From IMG/VR virus record IMGVR_UViG_3300042451_000960: 64,000 nucleotides of DNA. The stretch is one strand, 5' to 3'. Below are positions 28,525 through 40,400 of this stretch, in pieces. The stretch's first letter is position 1. Each line of letters opens with the position of its first letter. Under the pieces are notes generated by a model, which had not been told where the DNA came from, searched no databases, and worked only from the letters and a program-made list of their open reading frames with translations. The DNA is from a virus. Its lineage: Duplodnaviria; Caudoviricetes. A program made the translations under genes and the position numbers.

Positions 28525-30873
28525 TTAAGCGTTAAAAGATGCTCCAGTTGGAAGAATGTTGAAATCAATTACTATGAATTCTGCAGTCTTCGCCGGTTGT
28601 AGGAATATCTGTCCAGCTAATATGTTTCTATCAATTACATCAGGTGTGTTATTGGTTTCATCCATAACAACTCTGAATGCGTACAAACCTTGTCTTTGTT
28701 GAATTGCTTCTAAGTAAGGGTTTACAGTGTTTAAGAATCTAGCTCTTGTTGTAGAAGTATTTTGTTCGAATACTAAGAAACGAGATGTAGATGCTATAAA
28801 CTTCTTAACAGTGATAAGTAATCTTCTTACGTTGATTCTATCTAATGCTGAAGCCTTATCTTGCAATGTCTTTTGTCCGAATGCTACAATACCTTGCCCA
28901 GGGAATGCTGCTATTGGATTTACTTTGTTCTCATATAGAGTATCTCTTTCAGCGTGCGTTAATCTATTCAACACACTAACTGCTCCAGTGATACCACCTC
29001 TATTCAAACCAGCAGGTGCGAACCATTCTGCTGCCAATCTATCGTTTGCTGCGTAAACAGCCGGTAACAATACTGATGGTGGAACAGAGATTAATTTATT
29101 TGTATTTGTATCTACCGTCTTAACCCAAGGATAATAAGTACCTACATAGTTTGAATCTACTGAATTTGCTTGCTCAGTTGCTTCAGTTATTGTATCATCA
29201 ATTGCGTTGAAATCTGCAATATAGAAACAATCTTGTCTATCTTCAACCATATCAATTACATTTGTAGTAATTGCTGGGTGTAATCTTCTGATGATACCAG
29301 GTGTTACAACCATATTAATATCATACTCATCGGCGTTTGAAATTGCTGCAATTGCTTTGTTATAAGCTACCGAACCAGATGATGTTGAAGTAGAACAATT
29401 CAAACCTTGTGTATTTGCTGCTGCTATATTTGAACCTAAATTAACTGATAAAGTTGGATTTACACCATCAAAACCTCTTTGGAATCCTAACACAAATTGT
29501 CTCTTAACCATATCAGATGATGCCGAACCGGTCATTTGATAAGTTAATTGAGAATCGAATGCGAACAATACGTTTGCACCAGTACCAGCTCCATCAGGAA
29601 TTGGTTTAAGATAGTTTTTATTATCAACTGCTATATCAGCTGTTTCAAAATCAAAACCAGCATAATATACAGGAGATGATGATGTGTTATTTGCTGAACC
29701 AGTTTGGTAAACAACTGCAGGTACATAACCATCTTCAGTTGTGTTATTAGTTTTAATTGGATTTATATATGCTGCATGTCCGAATGGTGCTGCTGAGATT
29801 GGGAATGAACCTTGCTCAGATACTTCAACTCTAATATATTTTGATTTGTTAGAGTAATCACCATATTCAGTAATCTTTCCTGCAGTATCTACAGTGAAAT
29901 ATCTATCACCAATTCTCTTAGCGATATAGTTTGGAGATGCAGGGTCTAAGTTTACATTGTTATAAGTTTCAATTACACTCTTTCTCTTATCAGTATCACC
30001 AAATGAACGTACAGTTACAGTGAAAGTTGCGTAATCAGTTGAACCATCTTCACCAGCTGCCTTCACATTAGAAATACCAACTTTAAATTTAGTATTGTAT
30101 CCATTACCATGTCCAATTGTATGGAAACGGAAAAGGTCATATCTACTATCGTTTTGGTCTTTTTGAGATTTAACCCAAGGTGTAGATGCTACTTGTGCAT
30201 CATATGCAAAATCTTGCGTTGGTAGATTTAATTCACTTATTACAGAAATATTTGTACCATTATCACCAGAACCAGTAAAGTCTGCTGCTATATCACTAAA
30301 GTATGTATATGCATATGCCTTTTTAGCGCCAAAAGGAGATGTACCAAAAACATCAACAACATCAGCTGTAGATGTTTCTAAAATTGAACAAGAAATAGCT
30401 GCTTGTGCAGAAGAACCGGATTGAACTATACCATGTAATACAAAGTTTCCACTTCCATCTAAACTAGATGAAACGCTTGTAGATGCTACCGCAAATCCAA
30501 CACCTTCATCACCCGCTTGAGTTGAGTGAAGTGTTGCTACTAATTTTGGACCACTACCTTTAGTAGAACCAGATACCAAAATACCCAAAGGTGCCAATTG
30601 TTGGTATCCACCAACACCTGCTACCCTTACGATAGTTGCTGTTCCAGCTTCTCTTAAATAGTTTTCTACTGCATAATCAGTATAATATGTGCCATCAGGA
30701 GTTCCGAATATTTCGTTAAACTCTGAACGACTTCTCACAATAGTTGGAACAAATGCAGGTCCTTCTTTGAAAGGTCCTATAAATGCTGCTCCGATTTCAC
30801 CAATTCCTTGCGCTAAGAAGGATAGGTCATTTTCTCTTGTGAATACACCAGGTGATACAATTCTTTCTGCCAT
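28525..30873 (-). CDS. Tail sheath protein (gp18-like)
   Basis: SPGVFTRENDLS N-terminus; WFAPAGLNRG, NPIAAFPGQGIVAFGQKTL, RINVRRLL, FVFEQN-like FLVFEQN, AEFIVIDF. Confidence 0.95.
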   Translation of the reverse strand: MAERIVSPGVFTRENDLSFLAQGIGEIGAAFIGPFKEGPAFVPTIVRSRSEFNEIFGTPDGTYYTDYAVENYLREAGTATIVRVAGVGGYQQLAPLGILVSGSTKGSGPKLVATLHSTQAGDEGVGFAVASTSVSSSLDGSGNFVLHGIVQSGSSAQAAISCSILETSTADVVDVFGTSPFGAKKAYAYTYFSDIAADFTGSGDNGTNISVISELNLPTQDFAYDAQVASTPWVKSQKDQNDSRYDLFRFHTIGHGNGYNTKFKVGISNVKAAGEDGSTDYATFTVTVRSFGDTDKRKSVIETYNNVNLDPASPNYIAKRIGDRYFTVDTAGKITEYGDYSNKSKYIRVEVSEQGSFPISAAPFGHAAYINPIKTNNTTEDGYVPAVVYQTGSANNTSSSPVYYAGFDFETADIAVDNKNYLKPIPDGAGTGANVLFAFDSQLTYQMTGSASSDMVKRQFVLGFQRGFDGVNPTLSVNLGSNIAAANTQGLNCSTSTSSGSVAYNKAIAAISNADEYDINMVVTPGIIRRLHPAITTNVIDMVEDRQDCFYIADFNAIDDTITEATEQANSVDSNYVGTYYPWVKTVDTNTNKLISVPPSVLLPAVYAANDRLAAEWFAPAGLNRGGITGAVSVLNRLTHAERDTLYENKVNPIAAFPGQGIVAFGQKTLQDKASALDRINVRRLLITVKKFIASTSRFLVFEQNTSTTRARFLNTVNPYLEAIQQRQGLYAFRVVMDETNNTPDVIDRNILAGQIFLQPAKTAEFIVIDFNILPTGASFNA

Positions 30874-30945
30874 TTTATTTCTCCGATTTGTTATTTAATG
30901 TGTTGTTTTGGTTATAATACCAAATTACCTATATAAATATAAAGA

Positions 30946-30993
30946 AAATGTTCAAAACACAAATCTATTATTAAATCCATGCTTTGAACATTT
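30946..30993 (-). terminator. 22-bp RNA hairpin (terminator or processing site) before the sheath promoter
   Basis: AAAUGUUCAAAGCAUGGAUUUA-AUAA-UAGAUUUGUGUUUUGAACAUUU pairs fully using five G:U pairs, followed by UCUUUAUAUUU. Confidence 0.7.
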
Positions 30994-31015
30994 ACTATTA
31001 AAATATCTAATAAAT

Positions 31016-31393
31016 TTATGGTGTTGGTGTTCCAGAACCCGATGGAGTCCAAGGGAAATTCATATAATCAACAGTAGATACTTGGAATTTTGTATCATTT
31101 ATTTGTTTTTGGATTTGTCCTTCTATGTGGGGCCAATAAGAATTTACTGCCGATTCACTTACTGAATACTTTATCCAATTTAATACTATTTCCTCATTCA
31201 ATTGACTATATGGTACAAATTCGTCAGGATTTATTTCATCTGCTCTAAAAGGTGTTGCTCCAGAAAAAGTACCTGTTACGCCATCTTCATCTGTAGCTGT
31301 TACTGCCCATGTAGTTCCAAAAATAATGTTATCGTAACTACCCGAGTTCATTTTTCTTAAACTCTTTAATTCCCATGTATATGTGTTTGCCAT
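31016..31393 (-). CDS. Tail fibre-associated small protein
   Basis: YTWELKSL...WAVTATDEDG...GATPF...FVPYSQLNEEIVLNWIK; directly after the fibre gene, with its own late motif. Confidence 0.65.
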   Translation of the reverse strand: MANTYTWELKSLRKMNSGSYDNIIFGTTWAVTATDEDGVTGTFSGATPFRADEINPDEFVPYSQLNEEIVLNWIKYSVSESAVNSYWPHIEGQIQKQINDTKFQVSTVDYMNFPWTPSGSGTPTP

Positions 31394-31431
31394 ACTAATA
31401 ATATTTTCTTTGTAAATAAATATAACTCATT

Positions 31432-34400
31432 TTACTTTTTAGATAGTTGCTCTTTTAACTCTTTTATTTCTGCTCTAGCACTATCCAAGTCAGCTTTCAA
31501 TTCTTTAATAGATTCTATAAACAAACCTGCTAAGTTACCATATGCTACATTATATATACCAAGATTATCTTTACTTACAACTTCAGGCACAATATCCATA
31601 ATTTCTTGTGCAATAACACCCATTTGTTTTCCTGTAGGTCCATCTTTATCAGTTCTTACGAATGTTACACCTCTTAATTTATTAACTTTATCTAAAGCAT
31701 TTGGTATTGTTTCAATCTCACCTTTTAATCTAACATCAGAATATGCCGTTACGTTACCTGCCATTGTCAAGTTACCACTCATATCCATTACAAATCTATT
31801 AGCTCCTGCAGACCATCCACCTATTCTAAATACGTTATCATCATCCAATCCCATATTAATAGCGTAATGACCACCTTTATGGAATGACATGAATGCTGAG
31901 TTATTACCAGTAGAATATGCTTGAAGTATTGCACTATTTGAATTGTTTACAGCTTGCCCACCATTATTTGTTAAATGGTATTTGATACCTGTATAAGTTA
32001 CAGAGTTACCACTATCTGATATTAACTTCCAACCACCATATGATGATAATCCACCACCACTACCTCTAATCCAAAGATTGTTATTATCGGTAAATCCTAA
32101 TTGACGAGTACCGCCACCAGATGAATCAGGCCATTGTTGGAATGTCATTACACCGTGATATGTACCACCATCACCCAAACCATCGGTTGAGTTTTGAAGG
32201 AAATCAAATCTAACCCTTCTATTACCAGTTTGAGGTCCTTGTACTGAACTTCTGGTATCAAATACAGTAACTTGATCTGTTGTACCAGCCGAACCAGCAC
32301 TATCAGCGTATCCTACATATGCTCTTGTCCAACCACCCCACGAACTACCTTCTCTAAATCTGAATGAAATGTATGGATTACCACCTGTTGGAGTTCTATT
32401 CCATGCAATTTGTGTTGCGTATTGGAATCCGTATTCATTACCCAAACCTAAGGTCATTCCATAGTATTGACCTCCACCAGTACCAGGTCCGTTTCCACTA
32501 CCCTGAACATAATATACACCCAAGTTTGCGATACTATTAAAATCAGTATATGCACCATGGTTATTACCCATATTATTGAATATCTGATTTGCGTTGATAT
32601 ATCCCGTACCACCACCAGAGTTTGCAACATATGTACCTGCCACCGAACCGGCACTTCCTGCATTTCCGGTTACATTTATACTCCAAGTTCCACTATTTGT
32701 TACTATTTGTTGCCATCCAGTTCCACCACTACCATTTGTTGAACGATACCATAATCCTTGTGAGAAGAACGATGCCGCCAACTGCATTGCGTAGTAGTTG
32801 CCAGGGTTACTATGTGTTACCGATAATAAATGTTGCCAGCTACTTGCACCAGGATACCAACCAGATGATGGAGCTGATGTTTGCCAGAATCCACTATTTG
32901 TTCTAGTTGATATATCTGCTTTATCTGCTGAGTCTTGAGCTGCGTTTAAATATGATGCGTACACTGCGTAATTGGAATTACCAGTAATACTAATTGGCCA
33001 TGTACCACTTGCACCATCACCATCTCTAGCAGGTGCTGAACGTAGTACTACCGTATCAAAGTTTGAATATCCACCTAAACTACTTTCCTGTCTAATTTCC
33101 CAACCACGACCATAACTTTCATCACCACCACTATAACCTAAGAATAGGTCTCTTGCTACTATTTGGCAATAGTTTGAAGAATAGTGAGTTAAAATTATCG
33201 CAGTTTTACCTGTTGAGTTCTGTCTAGCAACTTGCACCTGAGGTCTGATGTATGGGTTTGATGTTGTCATCTCCCATCCAATAAATCCACTATTACTTTC
33301 GGCGTTCCAATAACCACCTAATTGAATTGATGTTTTTGCGTTTGTAGAACCATAGTTTTCAAACCAATCAATGGTGAAACTTCCCATCATATAGGAATCT
33401 TGCGGAACATTGGTTACGATTACAGTGTATGTGTTTGCTCCATAATAGTCAGAGCCAGCAACTAAAGCACCATTCCAAGTTTTGATTGGTGCGTTATCAG
33501 AATTTATATAGTTTTGATATGGAGTGTAATTAGGATTATCTAATCTTACAGAATTCAATCTACTATTTGTTCCGGCAGGATTGACAAGGTATGCTGTATT
33601 TTCTCTATCGGTAAATTGATTAGCTTGAAGTTCTCCAAAGAAATATCCAGTACCACCGGTATCAATTGTGAATCTATCAGTACCCCAACCACCATTTCTA
33701 TGCCCGTGGTTTTGTTTAATACGGAAATTATCATCATTATATCCAAATCCAACAGACCAAGTTGTACCACTATATCCTTGCGAGAATAAAATAGAAGGTC
33801 TATCACCACCAGTTCCATCAATACGGAATTCAGAAACAATACCCCAAGAGTGGTTACCATATGTACTTACAAAAATGAAACCAGCACCATTTGAAGCGTT
33901 AGTATTATTTCTAAATAACGCAGCGTGTGAGTTAAGATGTGTACCTCTAAATTCTAATGGATATGATGGGTCTCCACCACCAATAGCACCCCAGTCACCA
34001 TTTGAACCCAATCCTATTGTTCCATTTTCACGGAATCTCATAAAGGTAGTTCCTAGATAACCAGCTATACCATTATGAGGATTGAAATCACTATTTCCTA
34101 AACTACTATTAGAAAATCCAATATCCATTGAGATACCATCACCAGTTGTACCAACTAACCATTGTCTATTTGATAAACCATTATGTGCAAATTGAATTGT
34201 AGGTCCATGATTCGTATTTGATGTTACAGTATGGTCTAATGTTAATACAGGATAGTTACCTCTTAAATAAACAGTAGGTCTTTGGTTACCATCTTGTAAT
34301 GTGTATGGTGTTGATGTTGCACCAACAATAACTCTATTACCAAATGAACCACCAGTATTACCTTCAACATAAATATCTCTACCCATTCTGGAATTTCCAG

Positions 34401-37400
34401 TTGGGTCTACTCTATATGTTGTATTGTCTTGGTCATAAAATATTGGTGCTCTCATTGATTCACCAGCATAATATGTCATTGCTCCTTCCTCTGATAATGA
34501 GGAACAATCATACACCGTTGCTGATGCCAAATAGGTGTAGAATGTTGCCGAACTTCCACCTACTATATAGAAGAAGTGAGTTGATGACCAAGATGCATTT
34601 CCGGAATGCACCATAAATGCGTAATCTTGGTATTGTCCCGTTCCTGCATTACTTGTCAACCACCTAGCAGAACCACCACTACCTATTGAGTTTGATGCCC
34701 ACTCTACACTTCTTCCAGAAGGTATCTTCATACGGAAGATACATAATAATCTTCTATTTGCCGGTCCAGTATAAGTTGCGAAATACCAACCACCATAGCC
34801 CGGTGATGTACCTGCTGATGTTGTTGGTGCGTGCATTATTTCAATTACATATCCACTACTATTTGGAGGTCCACTATGCCCATCTGCGAATGAACTATTT
34901 CTTCTAGTATGAGTTACCGCAGAACCACCATTATTGTTGTATATGTTTATACTATTAGAGCCGTAACGGAATTCCTCATCCCAATATATTTTATATCCCA
35001 TTGGTTTTTGCATTCCCCAAAGGGCATTGATATTACCAACAGAGTTTGCCGCACCCGGTGTAGAAAGTGTTAATTGTGAATTTATTTGAAGTTCACCTAA
35101 GTTTGATGTAGAAGCAGGGTCAACATAGAAACTAGTATTACTTCTATCATACATTATAGGTGCATCCAAACGTCCAGATGAATATATTATTAATCTTTGA
35201 TTATCTCCACTAAATCCAAATCCAAAATAGTCATTTGTACCATCATCATCCGAAACACTAAAAAACATTCTTGCAGTGTTAGATGATTCATAGTGCCAAA
35301 TATAACCAGGATCATTTGATTGTGCTGCGAAGTTAATATAAGAGTAGTTACCACTCTTTTGTATATTAATATCACCACCATAAACCGTCAAATCACCACC
35401 AACTAAAAGGTCACCATTATTTTGGTCAAATCTATGTTTTACATATGCAGTTCTATTACCACTACTTCTTGATGGTACAGTAATTCCACCACCGATTGCT
35501 CCGGTTGAACCTTCGGATGTAATTAAGAAATAGTTTGAAGGGTTATCGTGATACAATCCCCAACCAGTATATGGTTCGTAATCCACAAAGATACCAGTCC
35601 AACCTTCACCAGTTACTTGCTGAATAGCAAATGCTGCGCCTGATGATGCTGTTCCGGATGAGTTTACTAAAATTGCCGGCTTATTATAAGTTGCTGCATT
35701 TACCGAACCTGCTATGTTAATTGAAGTACCAGTATCTGCAAAGTTTGCAAAATACCCTGTACCATCAGCATCTCTAAATATTGGTGCTCTTACTTCAGTA
35801 TCAGAATATATTGTACCTGCTACATGCAAAGCATAATCAGGAGCCGTTACACCACCCATACCAATTCTTCCTATTCTACCACTTCTACCACTTATGAATA
35901 ATGCGTTATTATAGAATGTAGGACCTGCGTATAATGGGTCAAAACTTAATCCCAAACCATCACCATAATCTACCGATGCTAATCTAGTACCATATGCCCA
36001 ACCAGTACCATCAGAGTTTTGAGAAGAACCAATCATAAATGTTCCACTACCTCTTGCCCACGATGATGGTATAAAGGTATATGAAGTTCTCATTCCTAAG
36101 AAGTTACCAGTTCTGAATGCTCCATTTGTTATACTATCGCCAGCCGGATTAATAAAATACGTTGGGTCATTTCTATCAACAAATCTTTCCGCACTCATAT
36201 CATTTATTGCAGTTACATTTGCACCAAATGTTGCGTTATTATTTGTAAGATTTATTTCTAATGGCCAATAACCATTTACAGTACTCCAGCTACCATGTGC
36301 AGAATCATTACCAGCTCTTAAAACATAGAAAATATTACTATTGACGTGAATGTATGCCGTATTGTGGTTAGTATCTCTAAATGTAATTGTTGGTTCGGTA
36401 TTTCTAATTTGAAAATTGCCGGTCATACTTAAATTGTTGACCGTTGCAGAATCAAGATTAAATGTACCATTTACACTTGCCCCATTAGGGAATGTTGCTG
36501 TTGTACCACTTACGTGATATGGTGCTAAAGGAATACTTGCCGCCGTTGTTGTTGTGAATGAGAATGGACCATGCGTCATATTTAAATTGGCGTATGATAC
36601 CTTTACAGTATAAGCAACCCCAGCACCACAAGTTGGGTTTACTATTAATCTTAATACCCAACCTGCAGCAACGTGGTCACCATTAATACCCAATAAACCA
36701 TTTGCGTTAGTACCATTCCATAAACCAACATTTGATTGAGAACCTGCTGACATTACCAAGTTAGATGATATTCTATCACCTACCCAAACTATCCATTTTT
36801 TATATTCAATATATGAAGTAGTTGTATATCCTCTATGAGAACCCCAAACTTCAATTTCTATTTTACTACTATTACCGCCACCAGCGTTAAGTGTACCAAT
36901 TGTGTAGATTCTAGCTGGCGCCGTACATAATGGCCAGTTATCATCCGTTGACATTGAACCTTTGTATTGAGTATAATCATCACTAAATGTTATTGAACCC
37001 AATGTTCTTAAAGAACGATTCCAAGCCGATGCGGCCGCATTAAGGTCTAAGAAATATGCAACGTTATCATAATCTTCAAATAGTGGCGCTCTCATTGAAC
37101 CCACATTCATTTCCAATCTTGCACCAGTTCCAGAGTTATTACTTATCAACTCCATTGGATAGTTGGATTGGTCACCACTTGCGTACAATCTACCCCATCT
37201 AATTCTTGAACCAGGAGAATCATGTCTGAACACCATTTGTCCAACAATATTACCTAATGCACTTCCGTGAGTTGCTGTAATAGCATGTTCTTCTCCAGCT
37301 GACCAAGAACCTTGTATATCAATATCGCGCCATTGAGTAGTACCACCCGTACCAGCAGAAACATTTAGTTGTGCCCTAGTACCCGCTCCAGCTGAAAATG

Positions 37401-40400
37401 AAGTTCCTATTGTTGTTCTACCATCATTATTTCTTATAGAGAATACATTAGTACCTGCGGTATCAGAAGTTGCATATCTGAATATCCAGCCTCTATTTGT
37501 AGTATCCATCAACCAATATTGTGCATATTGGTTAGTTACCGCACCATGTGTACCATATAATTGGTCAGTACGAACAAATTGTGCTCTTGATGTTGTACCA
37601 TTTCCAGTCCAGAATGATAGATAACCAGCAGTTGCCGTAGCTGTGTTAGCATCCCTATTTACAACAACACCTCTAGTTTCTAATATGTTTAAGTTAGAAG
37701 TTGATGCTGGGTCCAATATATAACCCGGTGAATCTCTATCAACAAACCTTTGTGCAACTACATCATAGAATGCAGTTACCGTACCACCAAATTGTGCATT
37801 ATTGTTTGTTAAGTTAATTTCTAATGGCCACCAACCACTGCCTACAGTATTCCAGCTGCCATTACCGACATCAGTATTACCTCTAAGAATATAGAATATA
37901 TTACTATTAACATGTATGAATCCTGTTGCGTGGTCGGTATCTCTAAAGGTAATTGTAGGTGATGTATTCCTAATTTGTATTTGTCCATTCGGATTTAATG
38001 TACCATTAACCGTTACCTCATTTCTGAATGTTCTATTTGCAGGTACACTTACTTTTATTATCTTCCAACCACTTATATAACAAGTACCACCACCAGTATA
38101 GTTGAATAAGGCTTGTGGTGTCCAATATTTTGCACCAACTTCAAATTGCCCAACTGAACCACCAAATCCACCAATATATCCAGTTACTTTAGTCCAAGAA
38201 GTTCCAGGGTTTGTATTACTCATTACCCAATAACCAAACGAACCAGGGTTACCCTGTCCACCAGCCGGCGAACCAAACGATTCATTATACTCCATAGAAC
38301 CCATATAGTGTCCATTAGTACCAGATACATTTCGTATCCAACACTCCATATAATAAACATCATCTTGGTCAATAGCAATGTAAGGGAAACCACTATTATA
38401 TCCACCACCAACGTTTACAGCACCAACAATTGATATTGCATATCCACCAGGTGCTGTTGAATCAGATACCCAACTTACATTACTACTATTAAAATATGCT
38501 TGTAATTGGTCATTAGTCCAAGTTGGGTCCATTTCAAATACAGCCTCACCAACATCAAAGTGACCAACAGGCCATCTTTGAGAAGAACTTGTTCTTGCGT
38601 TGTTAAGATTAAGTCTTGAAATTCTAGATGCACCCTCATAAACTAATCTATAAGATGTATCACTTCTATCATATATTGCATCATTATAAATGTCACCGAT
38701 TCCAGATACATAAAACCATCTTGTACCATTACCCAATAAAGAATAACCATAAGATGCACCAGCACCAACTCTTACCTCCAAACCATATTCACTAGCCGAA
38801 CCATTATATTTGTTTACAACAACACCCCAATCGTTATTATTGGTTGCCGTTACATAAAGAGTTGCATCATTGGTAGAGTTTATTGTACTACCATCAATAT
38901 TCCAAGAACCTAAAACAGTATTATTTGTTGCTGCTGCGTAAGATAAGTTTACAGCTCCATATGTTGAAAGACCTGTGTTTGGTGTATTTCCTTCACCTTG
39001 TCCCCAACCACCAGGATGTCCTATACCAACTTTATTGTATAGGTGCATATATTCGTTTGTAAACTGACCTCTTATACCATAAACACGAATTGATTCTGCT
39101 CCGTTAAAGTAAACTAATGTAGAAGTTGTTGCACCTCTACCGGTTACGGTTGCTAAAGTTTCAGATGCAGCGGTACCTGTAATATTAATACTCCAAGTTC
39201 CACTTGCCCCACCACCAGTTAATGTTGGTGCATATGAGTTAAAGTTTCCTGAATGTAAGAATGTTCTCCATGTTCCAAATGAACCATTTATAACAGATCT
39301 AAAATAAATACTTTCGTTATCTGTTGCTGCTAATTGATGACCATATGATGCCGTACCACCCGTTGGATGTGAGTATATATTAATCAACCAGTTAGCATTA
39401 TCTACTGAAGCTGGTTTATTTGTTGCGCTATCTGAATATCTATAAACTCTAAATCCATTGCTTATAGATGTGCCAGGCAATGTCCACGCAGCATTAAGAC
39501 CAATACTTGTTACATCACCACTAGCTACGTTTGATGCGTTTGTAGCAGATGTTACACTAAAGTTTGATGGATTCCATACATAGAAGTTTGTACCATCGTT
39601 TGTACCCCAAACATAAGTTGGTTGCCCACTTTGTGCAGAATAAATGAAATCTACGTTTGTACCATCTGAACGTCTTGGGTATGCTCTTATATTCCACTGT
39701 CCACCATTGTTTGTTACCAATGAAGTACCCTGTGCAGTTGGTATTGCTCTTGGGAAGTTTACAGCTCCAGCATTTGTTGCTGTTAAGAATAATTGTGGAC
39801 CTGTACCGTATGAGTCCGTTGTTGCGAATCCCATAGCTGTACCACTACTACTATTATTTGAAACATATATACCAGCTTGCGCTTGAGTTGAAGTATCACC
39901 TTGGAAGGTTATTGCTGCTTGGTTGTTGTTACCAGAAGTACCACCACCATTAGCAATATGAATTGTACCTAATGTTGTTCTTGCAACGTTGAAAGAGTTA
40001 TTTGCTATACCAGTTGCCGTATTACCTACTAAAGTAAATTTACCAGCACTATCTAATGTTGCTATGTTTGTAGTACCACCATACCATCTAAAGAATCTTG
40101 CTGCTCCAGCTACAGGTACCGAATACCACATTGTATTTCCTTCAATACCCAATGCATAATCTACCGAAGATGCTCCTATTTCAGAATAAAGTACCATTTT
40201 TGTACCAGCACTTCTAGTTGTAAATGTAGGAGCTGCTACACCATTTGTATTATATACTATTCTATTAGATGTACCATTTGATAAGAAAAGGTCACCACCA
40301 TTAAGTGTTAAATCATTAAATGTAACATCATCAGTTGTACGAACATTTTGGTTCATTAAATAAACCTCAGTTGCACCCTGTCCAGTATCTATTGTACCAC

